Source: an uncultured Pelagibacteraceae bacterium
Lineage (GTDB): Bacteria; Pseudomonadota; Alphaproteobacteria; Pelagibacterales; Pelagibacteraceae
Direction: 5' to 3'
Assembly: GCA_902555965.1 (NCBI GenBank)
Contig: CACDUM010000002.1
Coordinates: 353-64,352, forward strand
DNA: 64,000 nucleotides
The notes beneath the pieces are model-generated. The model was not told where the DNA came from, made no database searches, and saw nothing but the letters and a program-made list of their open reading frames with translations. A program made the translations under genes and the position numbers. Positions within the stretch are counted from its first letter, which is position 1. Each line of letters starts with the position of its first letter. Shown here one piece after another: positions 25,492-41,387 of the stretch.

Positions 25492-27447
25492 ATGCAATTT
25501 CCGATTCTTTTGCCTAATATTTTTAATTATCCTTTTACATATGAAAGTAACTTAAATTTAAGTGTAGGAGATTTTGTAGAAGTACCATTTGGTACTTCAA
25601 AAAAGATTGGCGTTGTGTGGAATGAATTTGAAAAAAAAAACGAAAAAAATTTTAAGATAAAAAGAATAATTAAGAAACTAGACATTCCAAAACTAAATAT
25701 AAAAACTTTAAATTTCTTAAACTGGTTTTCAGAATATAATCTTATATCTAAGGGTATGGCTTTAAAAATGACTTTGTTAAGTGGCAAACCTATTGGGAAA
25801 TTTGAAGATAAATTTTATAAAGTATTTCAAATTGAAAAAAAAAAAAATTTATATCGGCTAACAAAAGATCAGAAAGTCTCTCTAAATGAAATAAATAATT
25901 CAAATCAAAATTTTAATGTTCATGTGTTGCAAGGTACTACTGGATCCGGAAAAACAATAGTTTATTTTGAAGCCTTAAAAGTTATTTTAAAAAAAGGTTA
26001 TCAAGGTTTAATTATGTTACCAGAGATTGGATTAACCAACCAATTTGAAAAAAAATTTTTAGAATTTTTTGGTATAGAGCCGGCAATCTGGCATTCTGGT
26101 ATTTCAAAAAAAAATAAAGAAATAATTTGGAGCGGTATAGTAACAGGAAAAATAAAAGTCGTTATTGGTGCTAGATCTGCACTTTTTTTACCATTTAAAA
26201 AATTAGGATTAATAATCGTCGATGAGGAACACGATCAGTCATACAAACAAGATGAAGGTGTAATTTATAATGCACGTGATATGGCAATTTCAAGGGCATC
26301 TTTTGAGAATATACCCGTAAATTTAATAACAGCTGTTCCATCAGTTGAGACTTTTCAGAATATAAAAAAAAAAAAATATAAATTATCAAAGCTAGAAAAT
26401 AGATATCAAAACGCATCTCTACCTAACTATGAAATAATTGATTTAAATAATGCTAAGATGGAAAAACAATCTTGGATATCAAATGAAATTATTGAAAAAG
26501 TAAATATTCATTTAAAAAAAAAAGATCAAATTTTATTTTTTTTAAATAGAAGAGGATTTTCACCTAATGTGCTATGTAAAAAATGTTATGATTCATTTTC
26601 ATGTCCTAATTGTTCTATAAATTTAGTTTATCATAAGAGAAAGGGAAATTTATTATGTCATTATTGTGGATACAAAACCCATTTAGAAAGAAATTGTAAA
26701 AAAAATGGGAAATGTGAATTTATATTTAGTGGTCCAGGTGTAGAGAGAATTTCTGAGGAAGTAAAAAAAAAATTTCCTAATAAAATAGTAGAAATTTTTT
26801 CGAGTGATACAATGAATAAAAAAAGTTCAAAAGATAAGTTAGAAAAAATTACAAATAATGAAATTGAAATTTTAGTTGGTACTCAATTAATTTCAAAGGG
26901 GTTTCATTTTCCAAATTTAAATTGCATTGTAGTAATAGATATTGATTTATCATCTAATGGTCATGATTTAAGAAGTGCAGAAAAAAATTTACAACTCTAT
27001 CACCAATTGTCGGGCAGAGCGGGTAGAACTGGAAAATCAGCCACAATCTATTTTCAATCTTATAATATAAATAACAATATGATTTCAGATATTACTAATA
27101 AAAATCCTGAAAATTTTCTTGAAAAGGAAATCAGAATTAGAAAAATAAATAATCTTCCTCCATTTCAAAGATTTATTTCTTTAATTTTGACTGGTGATAA
27201 TGAAAATCAATTAGAAAAAGAGGCCTTAAGATTTAAATTATTTTTAGAAAATAAGATTAGTGGAAAAATATTAGGTCCAGTGAATGCACCAATATTTAGA
27301 TTGAAGAGAAAATATCGTGTTAGGCTTTTAATAAGAGGGCTTAAAACATTAAAGTTACAGAATTCATTAGCAAAGTTTATACCAAAATATAAATTTACCT
27401 CAGGAATAAAACTTTCAGTTGATGTTGATCCAATAAGCTTCAATTAA
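25492..27447 (+). CDS. priA: Replication restart helicase PriA
   Basis: GTTGSGKT, GARSALF, DEEHDQSYKQ, LNRRGF, Cys-rich Zn region, GTQLISKG, QLSGRAGR. Confidence 0.96.
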   Translation: MQFPILLPNIFNYPFTYESNLNLSVGDFVEVPFGTSKKIGVVWNEFEKKNEKNFKIKRIIKKLDIPKLNIKTLNFLNWFSEYNLISKGMALKMTLLSGKPIGKFEDKFYKVFQIEKKKNLYRLTKDQKVSLNEINNSNQNFNVHVLQGTTGSGKTIVYFEALKVILKKGYQGLIMLPEIGLTNQFEKKFLEFFGIEPAIWHSGISKKNKEIIWSGIVTGKIKVVIGARSALFLPFKKLGLIIVDEEHDQSYKQDEGVIYNARDMAISRASFENIPVNLITAVPSVETFQNIKKKKYKLSKLENRYQNASLPNYEIIDLNNAKMEKQSWISNEIIEKVNIHLKKKDQILFFLNRRGFSPNVLCKKCYDSFSCPNCSINLVYHKRKGNLLCHYCGYKTHLERNCKKNGKCEFIFSGPGVERISEEVKKKFPNKIVEIFSSDTMNKKSSKDKLEKITNNEIEILVGTQLISKGFHFPNLNCIVVIDIDLSSNGHDLRSAEKNLQLYHQLSGRAGRTGKSATIYFQSYNINNNMISDITNKNPENFLEKEIRIRKINNLPPFQRFISLILTGDNENQLEKEALRFKLFLENKISGKILGPVNAPIFRLKRKYRVRLLIRGLKTLKLQNSLAKFIPKYKFTSGIKLSVDVDPISFN

Positions 27448-27556
27448 TCCAAAAAAACTGCTTTTTTTGACAAACGTGTTACTTGAAGACCAATTGGTCA
27501 TGTGTTAATTAACTCGAGAATTATTAATAAATCTTCAATATTTAATAGGTATAAAT

Positions 27557-28114
27557 TTGAGTAATAATAAAGAATTTTCCAGCACTTCAGCTAGTAGATA
27601 TTCTTTAGCTTTATATGAGCTTGCCGAAGAAGCAAATTTACTTCCACAAATCGAGGAAAATTCTTTGGCATATTTAAGCTTAATCGATCAAAGCAAAGAA
27701 TTTAATAGTTTTTTAAAAGACCCCACTTTAAGTCAAAATATTCTAACAGATATTAATAATAGGATTTCTAATAACTTTAAATTAGAAAATTTATTTAAAA
27801 ATTTTTTAAATTTTTTAATTTTAAAAAGAAGATATTTTTATACTGAAAAAATTCTAAAAAGTTTTATTGAAATATGTTCAGAGAAAAGAGGTGAGTTAAA
27901 AGCTGAAATTAAATCTGCAAAATCCTTAACTCAAGATGAGATTAAAAAAATTACAGATGAGTTATCTAATAATTTTAAATCAAAGATTAAATTGAATTAT
28001 AAACAAGATGAAAGTTTAATTGGAGGTTTGATTGTGCAAGTTGGAAGTACTATGATTGATACTTCTATAAAAAGTAAATTACAACAAATTGAAAATAAAA
28101 TGATAGAGGCATAA
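27557..28114 (+). CDS. atpH: ATP synthase F1 delta subunit
   Basis: [26 protein letters not shown]; first gene of F1 operon; TTG start. Confidence 0.95.
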   Translation: MSNNKEFSSTSASRYSLALYELAEEANLLPQIEENSLAYLSLIDQSKEFNSFLKDPTLSQNILTDINNRISNNFKLENLFKNFLNFLILKRRYFYTEKILKSFIEICSEKRGELKAEIKSAKSLTQDEIKKITDELSNNFKSKIKLNYKQDESLIGGLIVQVGSTMIDTSIKSKLQQIENKMIEA

Positions 28115-28115
28115 T

Positions 28116-29651
28116 ATGGATATAAACCCCTCAGAGGTCACAAAGATATTAAAAGAACAAATCAAAAATTTCGGTGAAAAAGCTGAAATTTCCGAGGTTG
28201 GTCAAGTTTTGTCAGTTGGAGATGGTATAGCAAGAATTTATGGCTTAGATAATGTTCAGGCTGGTGAAATGGTAGAATTTTCTGACGGTTCAAAAGGTAT
28301 GGCTTTAAATTTAGAAAGTGAAAACGTAGGTGTTGTAATTTTTGGAGATGATCGAAACATTAAAGAGGGAGATGTAGTAAAAAGAACAGGAAGTATTGTT
28401 GATACCCCTGTCGGAAAAGAATTATTAGGAAGAGTCGTTGATGGGTTAGGAAATCCAATTGATGGAAAAGGACCATTAGATAAAAGTGTCAAAAAAAGTA
28501 GAGTTGAAGTTAAGGCTCCCGGTATTATTCCAAGACAGTCTGTAAGTGAACCAATGCAAACAGGTTTAAAATCAATTGATAGTCTAGTTCCAATTGGAAG
28601 AGGTCAACGAGAATTAATTATTGGAGATCGTCAAACTGGCAAAACTGCAGTCGCAGTTGACACAATCATCAACCAAAAAAAGATTAATGAGTCTGGAGAT
28701 GAAAAACAAAAACTTTATTGTATTTATGTTGCGGTTGGTCAAAAAAGATCAACTGTAAGACAAATTCAAAAAACTTTAGAAGAAGCTGGTGCAATGGAAT
28801 ATACAACTATAGTGGCAGCAACAGCATCAGACTCAGCTCCACTTCAATTTTTGGCTCCTTACACGGGGTGTGCAATGGGAGAATATTTCAGAGACAATGG
28901 AATGCATGCTCTAATTATTTATGATGATTTATCAAAGCAAGCAGTTGCCTACCGACAAATGTCACTAATCTTGAGAAGACCACCAGGCAGAGAAGCATAC
29001 CCAGGTGATGTATTTTATCTTCATAGTAGATTACTAGAAAGAGCTGCTAAATTGAGTGATGAACATGGTGGAGGTTCATTGACAGCTCTTCCGATCATTG
29101 AAACTCAAGGTGGAGACGTTTCTGCTTATATTCCAACCAATGTAATTTCAATTACTGACGGACAAATTTTTTTAGAAACTGAGTTATTTAACCAAGGTAT
29201 AAGACCAGCAATTAATGTTGGACTCTCTGTTTCTAGGGTTGGATCAGCAGCGCAAACAAAAGCTATGAAAAAAGTATCAGGATCAATGAAGCTCGAATTG
29301 GCACAATATAGAGAAATGGCAGCTTTTGCTCAATTTGGATCTGATTTAGATGCCTCAACTCAACAGCTTTTAAATAGAGGATCGAAATTAACTGAGTTAT
29401 TAAAACAAAAACAATATTCACCAATGACTGTTGCTGAACAGGTGATATCTGTATTTTGTGGAGTAAAAGGATATTTAGATGATATTGATTTAAAAGATAT
29501 TGCTGACTTTGAGAATAGAATTATTGAACGATGTAAATCTGATAAACCAGAGTTAATACAATCTATTTTAAGTTCTGGTAAGTTAGAGGAAGAAACTGAA
29601 AAAACTTTAATTGAAGTAATTACCAATCTTAAGAAAAACTTTAAATCTTAA
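28116..29651 (+). CDS. atpA: ATP synthase F1 alpha subunit
   Basis: [31 protein letters not shown]. Confidence 0.99.
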   Translation: MDINPSEVTKILKEQIKNFGEKAEISEVGQVLSVGDGIARIYGLDNVQAGEMVEFSDGSKGMALNLESENVGVVIFGDDRNIKEGDVVKRTGSIVDTPVGKELLGRVVDGLGNPIDGKGPLDKSVKKSRVEVKAPGIIPRQSVSEPMQTGLKSIDSLVPIGRGQRELIIGDRQTGKTAVAVDTIINQKKINESGDEKQKLYCIYVAVGQKRSTVRQIQKTLEEAGAMEYTTIVAATASDSAPLQFLAPYTGCAMGEYFRDNGMHALIIYDDLSKQAVAYRQMSLILRRPPGREAYPGDVFYLHSRLLERAAKLSDEHGGGSLTALPIIETQGGDVSAYIPTNVISITDGQIFLETELFNQGIRPAINVGLSVSRVGSAAQTKAMKKVSGSMKLELAQYREMAAFAQFGSDLDASTQQLLNRGSKLTELLKQKQYSPMTVAEQVISVFCGVKGYLDDIDLKDIADFENRIIERCKSDKPELIQSILSSGKLEEETEKTLIEVITNLKKNFKS

Positions 29652-29658
29652 TTAATTT

Positions 29659-31954
<2,296 letters not shown>

Positions 31955-31955
<1 letters not shown>

Positions 31956-32347
31956 TGAGTGATGAATTTAAAATAGAAATAGTTAATCCAGAGAAATCCT
32001 TTTTATCAAAAGAGGATGTTAATGAGGTAATTGTTCCTGCATTTGAAGGAGAAATGGGAATACTAAAAGATCATATTTCTATAATTTCATTTTTAAAACC
32101 GGGTATTATTACCATTAAAGCAAAATCTGATGAAGAAAAATATTATGTTGAAGATGGAATTATTGAATTTAAAAATAATACTTTATCCATTTTAACTAGC
32201 TACATCCTTAATTTAAAAGACATTGAGAAAAACAAATTACAGGATTTATTAAAAATTGCAGAGGAAGAGTCTAATAAACCAGAAATTAGTGATCAATTGA
32301 AATATTTGGCTGATCAAAAAGTTGAAACTTTAAAGTCTATCAATTAA
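31955..32347 (+). CDS. atpC: ATP synthase F1 epsilon subunit
   Basis: IVNPE, GEMGILKDH..LKPG; last gene of F1 operon. Confidence 0.95.
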
Positions 32348-32816
32348 TTATTGTTTTTATTTTTTCTTTAAGTTCTTTATATACATGATATTTAAAGTCC
32401 ACTACTACTTCAGTTATTTTATCTAATTCAATCCATTTCCACTCTAAAAATTCTGGTTTATTTGTTTTTATATTTATATCTTCATCTTTACCCAGGTATC
32501 TCATCAAAAACCATTTTTGTTTTTGTCCCTTATATTTACCTTTCCAAATAATACCCAATAAATTTTTGGGTAGCTCGTAGGTTATTGTGCCTTCAATTTC
32601 TCTTACAAGTTCTACATTTTTGATACTAGTCTCTTCCTCTAATTCTCTATAAGCAGCAGCTAAAAAATCTTCACCGTCATCTACTCCACCTTGCGGCATT
32701 TGCCAAAAATTTTTTGGATTGTCTATTCGTTTTGCTACAAAAACTTTATCCTCCTTGTTAAGGACAACAATTCCCACTCCACTCCTAAGTGGCAGATTTC
32801 TGAATTTTTCTTCCAT
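32340..32816 (-). CDS. rppH: RNA pyrophosphohydrolase (Nudix)
   Basis: WQMPQGG...AAYRELEEET, GQKQKWF, VVDFK. Confidence 0.93.
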   Translation of the reverse strand: MEEKFRNLPLRSGVGIVVLNKEDKVFVAKRIDNPKNFWQMPQGGVDDGEDFLAAAYRELEEETSIKNVELVREIEGTITYELPKNLLGIIWKGKYKGQKQKWFLMRYLGKDEDINIKTNKPEFLEWKWIELDKITEVVVDFKYHVYKELKEKIKTIIN

Positions 32817-32817
32817 A

Positions 32818-33945
32818 CTAGCCTTTGAGAAGTTTAATGGCGTATTCTAATTGATTGTCGGTCTCAGTTTTGATTCTGAAATCATCGTTTTCCTCATCGA
32901 TTTCTATATCTGGAGATACACCAACTTCAGAAATAGATTTTCCAGAAGGAAGATAATATTTTGCCACTGTAAGCCTAATTGCCCCATCATTTTTAAGAGG
33001 TATGATAGATTGTACTGAACCTTTGCCATAACTATTTTCACCTAATAAAATTGCTCTTTTGTGATCTTTAAGAGCTCCCGCAACTATCTCTGATGCTGAA
33101 GCTGATCCGTAGTTAATAAGAACAATCAAAACTTTTCCATTTGTTAGGTCACCTTTTTTTGCAAACCATTTTCTATTTTCAGAAGGCTTTCTACTTTTTG
33201 TAGATACGATCTCTCCATTATCTAGGAAAAAGTCGGAGATTTTTATTGCTTGAGAAAGTAGTCCGCCAGGATTGTTTCTTAGATCTAAAATGTAGGACTT
33301 AACATCTTTATTTTTTTCTAATTTTTTAACTTCTCTTTCTATTTGTTTGCCACTATTTTCATTAAACGAGGTTAGTCTTAAATAACCTATACTTTTCTCC
33401 AAAATATCAGCTTTAACAGATTGAATTTGTATAACCTCTCTTACAACATTAAATATTAGAGCTTTTCTCTCTCCACGTCTTCGAATTGTGAGTTCAATTC
33501 CTGATCCAACTGGCCCCCTCATCAAATCAACAGCTTCGCTGAGAGATTTACCCTGAACTTGGACATCATTAATTTTGACAATATAGTCGCCTGCTTTAAT
33601 CCCTGCTCTAGATGCTGGTGTATCATCTATAGGAGAAATGACTTTTACAACACCTGACTCCATACTTACTTCAATACCAAGACCCCCAAATTCACCACTG
33701 GTCTCAGTCTGCATTTCATTAAATATTTCTGGAGACATGTATGCCGAGTAAGGGTCCAGAGATTGTAGAAGGCCATTGATTGCAGAGTCCATACTCTCAG
33801 ATTGATTAATTTCATCTACATATTCTTTATTGATTTTTTCAAGCACTTCTCCAAATAAATCAATTTTTTTGTAAATATCATTCTCAGCAGAATTGACATG
33901 CTGAAATAGAAAACAAAATAAAAATAATGTTAATACTTTTTTCAT
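32818..33945 (-). CDS. ctpA: S41 family carboxy-terminal processing protease
   Basis: Signal peptide, LDPYS, PDZ GGLG, DLRNNPGGLL, SASASEI, GKGSVQ. Confidence 0.93.
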   Translation of the reverse strand: MKKVLTLFLFCFLFQHVNSAENDIYKKIDLFGEVLEKINKEYVDEINQSESMDSAINGLLQSLDPYSAYMSPEIFNEMQTETSGEFGGLGIEVSMESGVVKVISPIDDTPASRAGIKAGDYIVKINDVQVQGKSLSEAVDLMRGPVGSGIELTIRRRGERKALIFNVVREVIQIQSVKADILEKSIGYLRLTSFNENSGKQIEREVKKLEKNKDVKSYILDLRNNPGGLLSQAIKISDFFLDNGEIVSTKSRKPSENRKWFAKKGDLTNGKVLIVLINYGSASASEIVAGALKDHKRAILLGENSYGKGSVQSIIPLKNDGAIRLTVAKYYLPSGKSISEVGVSPDIEIDEENDDFRIKTETDNQLEYAIKLLKG

Positions 33946-34295
33946 TAGATAATTAATTTTTCTTTAGGGATTAGTTCGGACCACATTTTTTCAAGTTCAT
34001 AAAATTTTCTTTTTTCTGGGTGAAAAATATGAACTATTAAGTCTATACCATCAATTAATTTCCATTCACTACTATCAGCGCCCTCAATTTTTGAATTTTT
34101 AATGCCATTATCTTTAAATTTTTCCAAAACTTGCTCGGATAAAGATTGTATGTGCCTAGATGAAGTGCCGCTCGCAATAATCATAAAATCAGCCATAGAG
34201 CTTTTGTCTTTAAGATCTATACTTATTATGTTTTGAGCCTTGTTAATATCCAATGTTTTGATGATAGAATTTTTAAGATCTGAAATTTTATCCAT
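33945..34295 (-). CDS. rsfS: Ribosome silencing factor
   Basis: ADFMIIASGTSSRH, W.LID..D.IVHIF, R.FYELEKMW. Confidence 0.95.
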   Translation of the reverse strand: MDKISDLKNSIIKTLDINKAQNIISIDLKDKSSMADFMIIASGTSSRHIQSLSEQVLEKFKDNGIKNSKIEGADSSEWKLIDGIDLIVHIFHPEKRKFYELEKMWSELIPKEKLII

Positions 34296-34312
34296 TAATT
34301 AATTTTAGACTA

Positions 34313-34834
34313 TCAAATTTTCCTTAATTGAGAAGACGAAATATTGACTTTATTAAAATAAACAAATTTAAATTTCTCACTTTTAAGGGTTTTATATGTC
34401 TTTGAATTTAATGATTTTTTCTTATATCCATATCTATCAAAAACTAAGATATTACATTTTTCTGAAATCTGTTTCCATTTATGCCATTTATGGAAATTAA
34501 CTAAATTATCTGCACCCATTAAGAAAAAAATTTCATTTTTTTTATTTTTGTTGAAGTAATTTATTAGATTTATTGTTTTATTTGATTTAATTTTATTTTC
34601 ATAAAATTTGACCTCAATAAATTTATTTTTTTTAATAATCTTTTTACATCCTTTAATTCTAGATTGCAGGCTAAAAGAACTTTTTATTTTAAAAGGATTT
34701 TTTTTTGTAATAGCCCATATAATTTTTTCAAGTTTAAATCTTTTTGCTGCTTCTTTAGATATAGCTAGATGACCATTGTGAGCAGGATCAAATGAACCAC
34801 CTAAAATTCCAATTCTTTTTTTTTTCAAATTCAA
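34313..34834 (-). CDS. nadD: Nicotinate-nucleotide adenylyltransferase
   Basis: GGSFDPAHNGH, LMGAD, ISSSQLR; start codon uncertain (TTG). Confidence 0.92.
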   Translation of the reverse strand: MNLKKKRIGILGGSFDPAHNGHLAISKEAAKRFKLEKIIWAITKKNPFKIKSSFSLQSRIKGCKKIIKKNKFIEVKFYENKIKSNKTINLINYFNKNKKNEIFFLMGADNLVNFHKWHKWKQISEKCNILVFDRYGYKKKSLNSKTYKTLKSEKFKFVYFNKVNISSSQLRKI

Positions 34835-34835
34835 A

Positions 34836-36085
34836 TTACTTCCTTATTTGACCTTTGCTGGTGACTTGATATTTATAGGAAATAAGTTGATTAAGTCCTA
34901 CGGGACCTCTTGGTGGAAGTGTGTTGGTTGAGATTCCCACTTCGCCACCAAACCCAAATTCACCTCCATCTGCAAATTGTGTTGATGTATTGTGCATAGC
35001 TATTGAGCTTTTTACCTCATTTAAAAATTTTTTTGCTGCTTTTTTGTTTTGAGTAATAATACAATCCGTATGCATGGTTCCGTATTTGTTAATATGCGCT
35101 ATAGCTTCATCTATATTTTTTACTGATTTCACAGATACAACAGGTGACAAATATTCTTTTGACCAATCTTTTATAGAAGCTTTCTGAATTTTTTTATCAT
35201 AAAGTTTTCTTATCTGATTATCACCGATAATTTTACATCCATTTTCCTCTAAATTTTTCAAAATTTTATTTCCACATTTCTTGATGATTTTTTCGTGTAA
35301 AAGAATTGTTTCGGTTGCTCCACATATTGCGGTATTCCTCATCTTAGCATTTTGAACTATTTTATTTGCAATCTTAGGATTTGCATTTTTATCTACATAA
35401 GAATGACAAACACCTTCCAAATGACCAATTGTTGGAACAGATGACAAATCCTGTACTTTTTTAACTAAACCTTTCCCACCTCTTGGAATTATTACATCAA
35501 TAAATTTACTCATTTTTTGTAGAAGAAAATCAACAACACTTCTTTTTTTAAGTTTTAAAAACTGAACAAAGTTTTCATCAACATTATTTTTTTTTAGCGA
35601 TTTTCTAAAGAATTTTGTGAGAATAAGATTAGAATAATAAGCTTCAGATCCACCTTTTAAAATGACGGCATTACCAGACTTAAAACATAACGATGCAACA
35701 TCTGCTGTAACATTGGGTCTACTTTCGTATATAACGCCAATTACACCAATAGGTATGGATACTTTTGATATTACCAAACCATTTGGCCTTTTCCATTTTT
35801 CTAAAATGACATTTGTAGGATCCCTTAAACTAATAATTTTTTTTATAGAATTGGTTATCGTAATTATTTTTTTATCATTTAATATTAATCTTTGGATTAA
35901 ATTATTTTTAATACCTTTTTTGTAGGCATTCTTAATGTCTTTTTTATTTTCATTAATTATTAATTTTTTGTTCTTTAAGATTAGAAGACGATAATCTTTT
36001 AGAACTTTGTCTTTTTTTTTTGTACTTAACCTTTTATTAACAGCTTTTTTGGATTTTTTTCCGATATCAGTTAGTAACTTTTGCA

Positions 36086-36086
<1 letters not shown>
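34836..36086 (-). CDS. proA: Gamma-glutamyl phosphate reductase
   Basis: GVIYESRPNVT, IPRGG, CGATE, FADGGEFGFGGEVGIST, RGPVGL. Confidence 0.96.
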
Positions 36087-38174
<2,088 letters not shown>

Positions 38175-38192
38175 CTATTTTGAGTTGTAATA

Positions 38193-38447
38193 TTAATTAG
38201 GTTTTACTGAAACAAAAGTTCTATCGGATTTTGTTTTTTTAAAAACAACTTTACCTTTTATTACTGAAAAAATTGAGTGATCTTTACCCATACCCACATT
38301 TTCTCCTGGAAATATCTTAGTGCCTCTTTGTCTAACAATTATGTTGCCAGGAATAACATTTTGACCACCATATTTTTTTACACCAAGTCTTCTGCCTGCA
38401 CTATCTCTGCCGTTCCTTGATGATCCACCAGCTTTTTTCGTAGCCAT
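38193..38447 (-). CDS. rpmA: 50S ribosomal protein L27
   Basis: [21 protein letters not shown]. Confidence 0.98.
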   Translation of the reverse strand: MATKKAGGSSRNGRDSAGRRLGVKKYGGQNVIPGNIIVRQRGTKIFPGENVGMGKDHSIFSVIKGKVVFKKTKSDRTFVSVKPN

Positions 38448-38458
38448 ATTTTATTCCT

Positions 38459-38857
38459 TTATTTACTTAATTCCTTTTTTTCAGAATCTTTTTTTGTTGG
38501 TTTAGAAATATTCTCAGCCTCAGATAAAAGCTTACCATCTTTTGAAAAAATCTTATTTATTCTAATCATAGAATATTCTTGTCTATGACCATTTTTTCTT
38601 CTTGAGTTTTGTCTTCTTCTCTTTTTAAAAATAAGTACAGTTCTATTTTTACTATTTTTAATTAGGTTTGCCTCAACTTTGGCACCTTGAATTGTTGGCG
38701 AACCAATTTCTATTACTTTATTATCGCCATATGCCAATATATCATTAAACTCAATTTTAGTGTCGGATTTTGAATTTGGTAATTTTTCAATTTTTAAAAT
38801 CTCACCAGACTTCACTTTATATTGTTTTCCACCTGATTGTATAACTGCGTATGACAT
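38459..38857 (-). CDS. rplU: 50S ribosomal protein L21
   Basis: YAVIQSGGKQYKV, FKKRRR...GHRQ; ATG at 38857. Confidence 0.97.
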   Translation of the reverse strand: MSYAVIQSGGKQYKVKSGEILKIEKLPNSKSDTKIEFNDILAYGDNKVIEIGSPTIQGAKVEANLIKNSKNRTVLIFKKRRRQNSRRKNGHRQEYSMIRINKIFSKDGKLLSEAENISKPTKKDSEKKELSK

Positions 38858-38916
38858 AAAAAAGATTTTTTTATCAGGCAATATAGTCAGGGCATTTCTT
38901 TAGTCAAGCTTATTAA

Positions 38917-39636
38917 CTAAAAATTATCCTTTAAATCTCTCAATTTTGAAAAACTTTCTAAATCTTTTGCTTTAAGAAATATATTACATTCTAATTCATC
39001 AGCTAAAGTACTTGGTATTGTTGGTAATGCATTTTTAAGTTTCTTGTTAATCTCTAGTATTTTATTTTTTAATTTTAAATTATCAGAGTCATTGGCAATA
39101 CAAAAATTTGAGTTTTGTAAAGTGTATTCATGGCCACAATATATTTCTGTATCTTTTGGTAATGATTTAATTTTTTTAAGTGAATTATACATTTGTTCGT
39201 GGGTACCTTCAAAAATTCTGCCACACCCTAAAGAGAATAGAGTATCACCAGTAAAAATTTTTTTTTCTTTAAAAAAATGAAAAGCGATATGTCCAGATGT
39301 ATGACCTGGAATATGATAAATTTTTGCCTCAAAATTATCTTGTTTCCATATTTGGTTATCCTCTAGAGATATATCAATCTCGGGTATACGATTTTTATCT
39401 CCAATAAATCCAACCACCTTAGAATTATACTTTTTTTTTAATTCAAGATTTCCACCCACATGATCGTAATGATGGTGTGTATTAAGTATAAATTTTAAAT
39501 TTATTTTTGAATTATCAAGATAGTTGATTATTGGTACAGACTCGCTAGGGTCAATGACACAAGCGGTCTGATTTTCTTCATCAATGATTAAGTAGCTATA
39601 ATTATCCTGTAGACATTTTATAATTTCAATTTTCAT
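38917..39636 (-). CDS. gloB: Hydroxyacylglutathione hydrolase (glyoxalase II)
   Basis: DNY, THHHYDHVGG, PGHT.GH, FTGDTLF..GCGR, CGHEYT. Confidence 0.95.
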   Translation of the reverse strand: MKIEIIKCLQDNYSYLIIDEENQTACVIDPSESVPIINYLDNSKINLKFILNTHHHYDHVGGNLELKKKYNSKVVGFIGDKNRIPEIDISLEDNQIWKQDNFEAKIYHIPGHTSGHIAFHFFKEKKIFTGDTLFSLGCGRIFEGTHEQMYNSLKKIKSLPKDTEIYCGHEYTLQNSNFCIANDSDNLKLKNKILEINKKLKNALPTIPSTLADELECNIFLKAKDLESFSKLRDLKDNF

Positions 39637-40233
39637 TTATTTTTCTATTAAAAATATACCAAGTTCTCCAAATAAATTTTTAAAAATAAGATTTGAGTTA
39701 TTTATATCAGAAACATTTTCATTAATTAACGCTAAAGATTTAAAAATTTTAAAGTTAATAATCTTAGAAAATCTTACAAAATCTTTTATCGTACACATAT
39801 GAATGTTCGGTGTGTTATACCAATCATGAGGTAAAGAGTTTGTAATTGGCATTGTTCCTTTAAATAATAAATTCAATCTTACTTTCCAATGCCCAAAATT
39901 TGGAATAGTTACTATAGCTTTGTTACCAACTCGTAAAAGCTCTTTAATTACAGTCTCAGGATTTATAAAAGCTTGTAAAGTTTGTCCAAGTACAACATAC
40001 TCAAAAGAGTCATTTGGAAATTGCTTTAAATCAAATTCTGCATTTCCCTCAATAACAGTCAGCCCTTTAGCAATACAAATTTGCACTTTTTCTTTTGAAA
40101 TTTCAATTCCCCTGATATTAGCATTTTTGTTTGTTTTTAAAAATTCCATCAAAGTTCCATCATCACATCCTACATCAAGAACTTTTGCATCTTTCTCAAT
40201 TAAATCTGAAATAATTTTATACTCTGGTTTCAT
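39637..40233 (-). CDS. metW: Methionine biosynthesis protein MetW
   Basis: VLDVGC, QTLQA, PNFGHW, WYNTPNIH; directly downstream of metX. Confidence 0.95.
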   Translation of the reverse strand: MKPEYKIISDLIEKDAKVLDVGCDDGTLMEFLKTNKNANIRGIEISKEKVQICIAKGLTVIEGNAEFDLKQFPNDSFEYVVLGQTLQAFINPETVIKELLRVGNKAIVTIPNFGHWKVRLNLLFKGTMPITNSLPHDWYNTPNIHMCTIKDFVRFSKIINFKIFKSLALINENVSDINNSNLIFKNLFGELGIFLIEK

Positions 40234-41354
40234 GAAAGTTTTTCTGCATAAGATTTATCTAAAAAATTTTTAAGAGCTTTTAAGAAATCTGGAACATTAA
40301 GCAAAAAAGAATCGTGACCTTTATCAGACTCAATTTCAACAAAACCCACATTTGCACCTACTGCGTTTAAGGCAATTACAATATCTTTATTTTCTTGTGT
40401 TGGATAAAGCCAATCTGAGGTAAAGGATATTATAAAAAATTTCGCTTTAGTATTTTTAAAAGCATCAGATAAATTTCCATTAAATTGTTTTACTAAATCA
40501 AAATAATCCATTGCTCTGGTAATATATAAATAGCTATTCGCATCGAACCGATCTACAAATACCGAACCTTGGTATCTAAGATAACTTTCAATTTGAAAGT
40601 CAGCATCAAAACCAAATTTTAAATCATCTCTTTCTTGAAGTTTTCTTCCAAATTTTTCTTGAAGCCCTTTTTTTGAGAGATAAGTAATATGTGCGGCCAT
40701 TCTAGCCACAGCTAATCCTTTATCGGGTACAATACTTTTTGAATTATAATTTCCATCTGACCAATTATGATCTGCTGCAATGGCTTGTCTGCCAAGTTCA
40801 TTAAAAGCTATATTTTGCGCAGAATGGCTTGAAGTACAAGCAATTGGTATTGCTGTTTTAGCTTTATCAGGAAAATTACTAATAAATTGTAGGACTTGCA
40901 TCCCACCCATTGAACCACCTACAACTGAAAAAAGTTTTTTTATTCCAAAAAAATCCAACAAATTTAATTGTGCATTTACCATGTCATTAATTGTAATTAC
41001 CGGGAAATCCGTTCCGTAAATTTTTTTTGTCTTAGGATTTTCATGGCTAGGCCCAAAAGACCCCATGCATCCACCTATTACATTTGCACATATTACAAAA
41101 TATTTATCTGTATCTATCGACTTACCAGAGCCTACTGCGTAAGACCACCAACCATCTTTTTTGGTTATAGGATTTATACCTGTTACGAATTGATCACCAG
41201 TTAAAGCATGAAATATTAAAATCGCATTATCTTTTTCATTGTTGAGTGAACCATAAGTTTCATACGCTAAAGGAAAATTATTAATAGTCTGACCACAATC
41301 TAATTTGAGTGGTTTTTCAACAATCAATGTTTTTATATTTTCTTTTATATTCAT
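40230..41354 (-). CDS. metX: Homoserine O-acyltransferase (MetX family)
   Basis: AYETYG, HALTG, GGSMGG, ARMAAHITY, RFDANSY, GHDSFL. Confidence 0.96.
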   Translation of the reverse strand: MNIKENIKTLIVEKPLKLDCGQTINNFPLAYETYGSLNNEKDNAILIFHALTGDQFVTGINPITKKDGWWSYAVGSGKSIDTDKYFVICANVIGGCMGSFGPSHENPKTKKIYGTDFPVITINDMVNAQLNLLDFFGIKKLFSVVGGSMGGMQVLQFISNFPDKAKTAIPIACTSSHSAQNIAFNELGRQAIAADHNWSDGNYNSKSIVPDKGLAVARMAAHITYLSKKGLQEKFGRKLQERDDLKFGFDADFQIESYLRYQGSVFVDRFDANSYLYITRAMDYFDLVKQFNGNLSDAFKNTKAKFFIISFTSDWLYPTQENKDIVIALNAVGANVGFVEIESDKGHDSFLLNVPDFLKALKNFLDKSYAEKLS

Positions 41355-41387
41355 AATAAAAGCTGAAAGTTGAATTGTGAGAAAAAA

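Noticed and set aside
27451-27468. A7-CTGC-T7 after priA as an intrinsic terminator
   Set aside because: No GC stem; it cannot be supported as a functional terminator.
38856-38874. Hairpin AUAAAAAA-AUC-UUUUUUAU covering the rplU start, as a possible autoregulatory leader
   Set aside because: AU-only stem with a 3-nt loop; too weak to distinguish from background.
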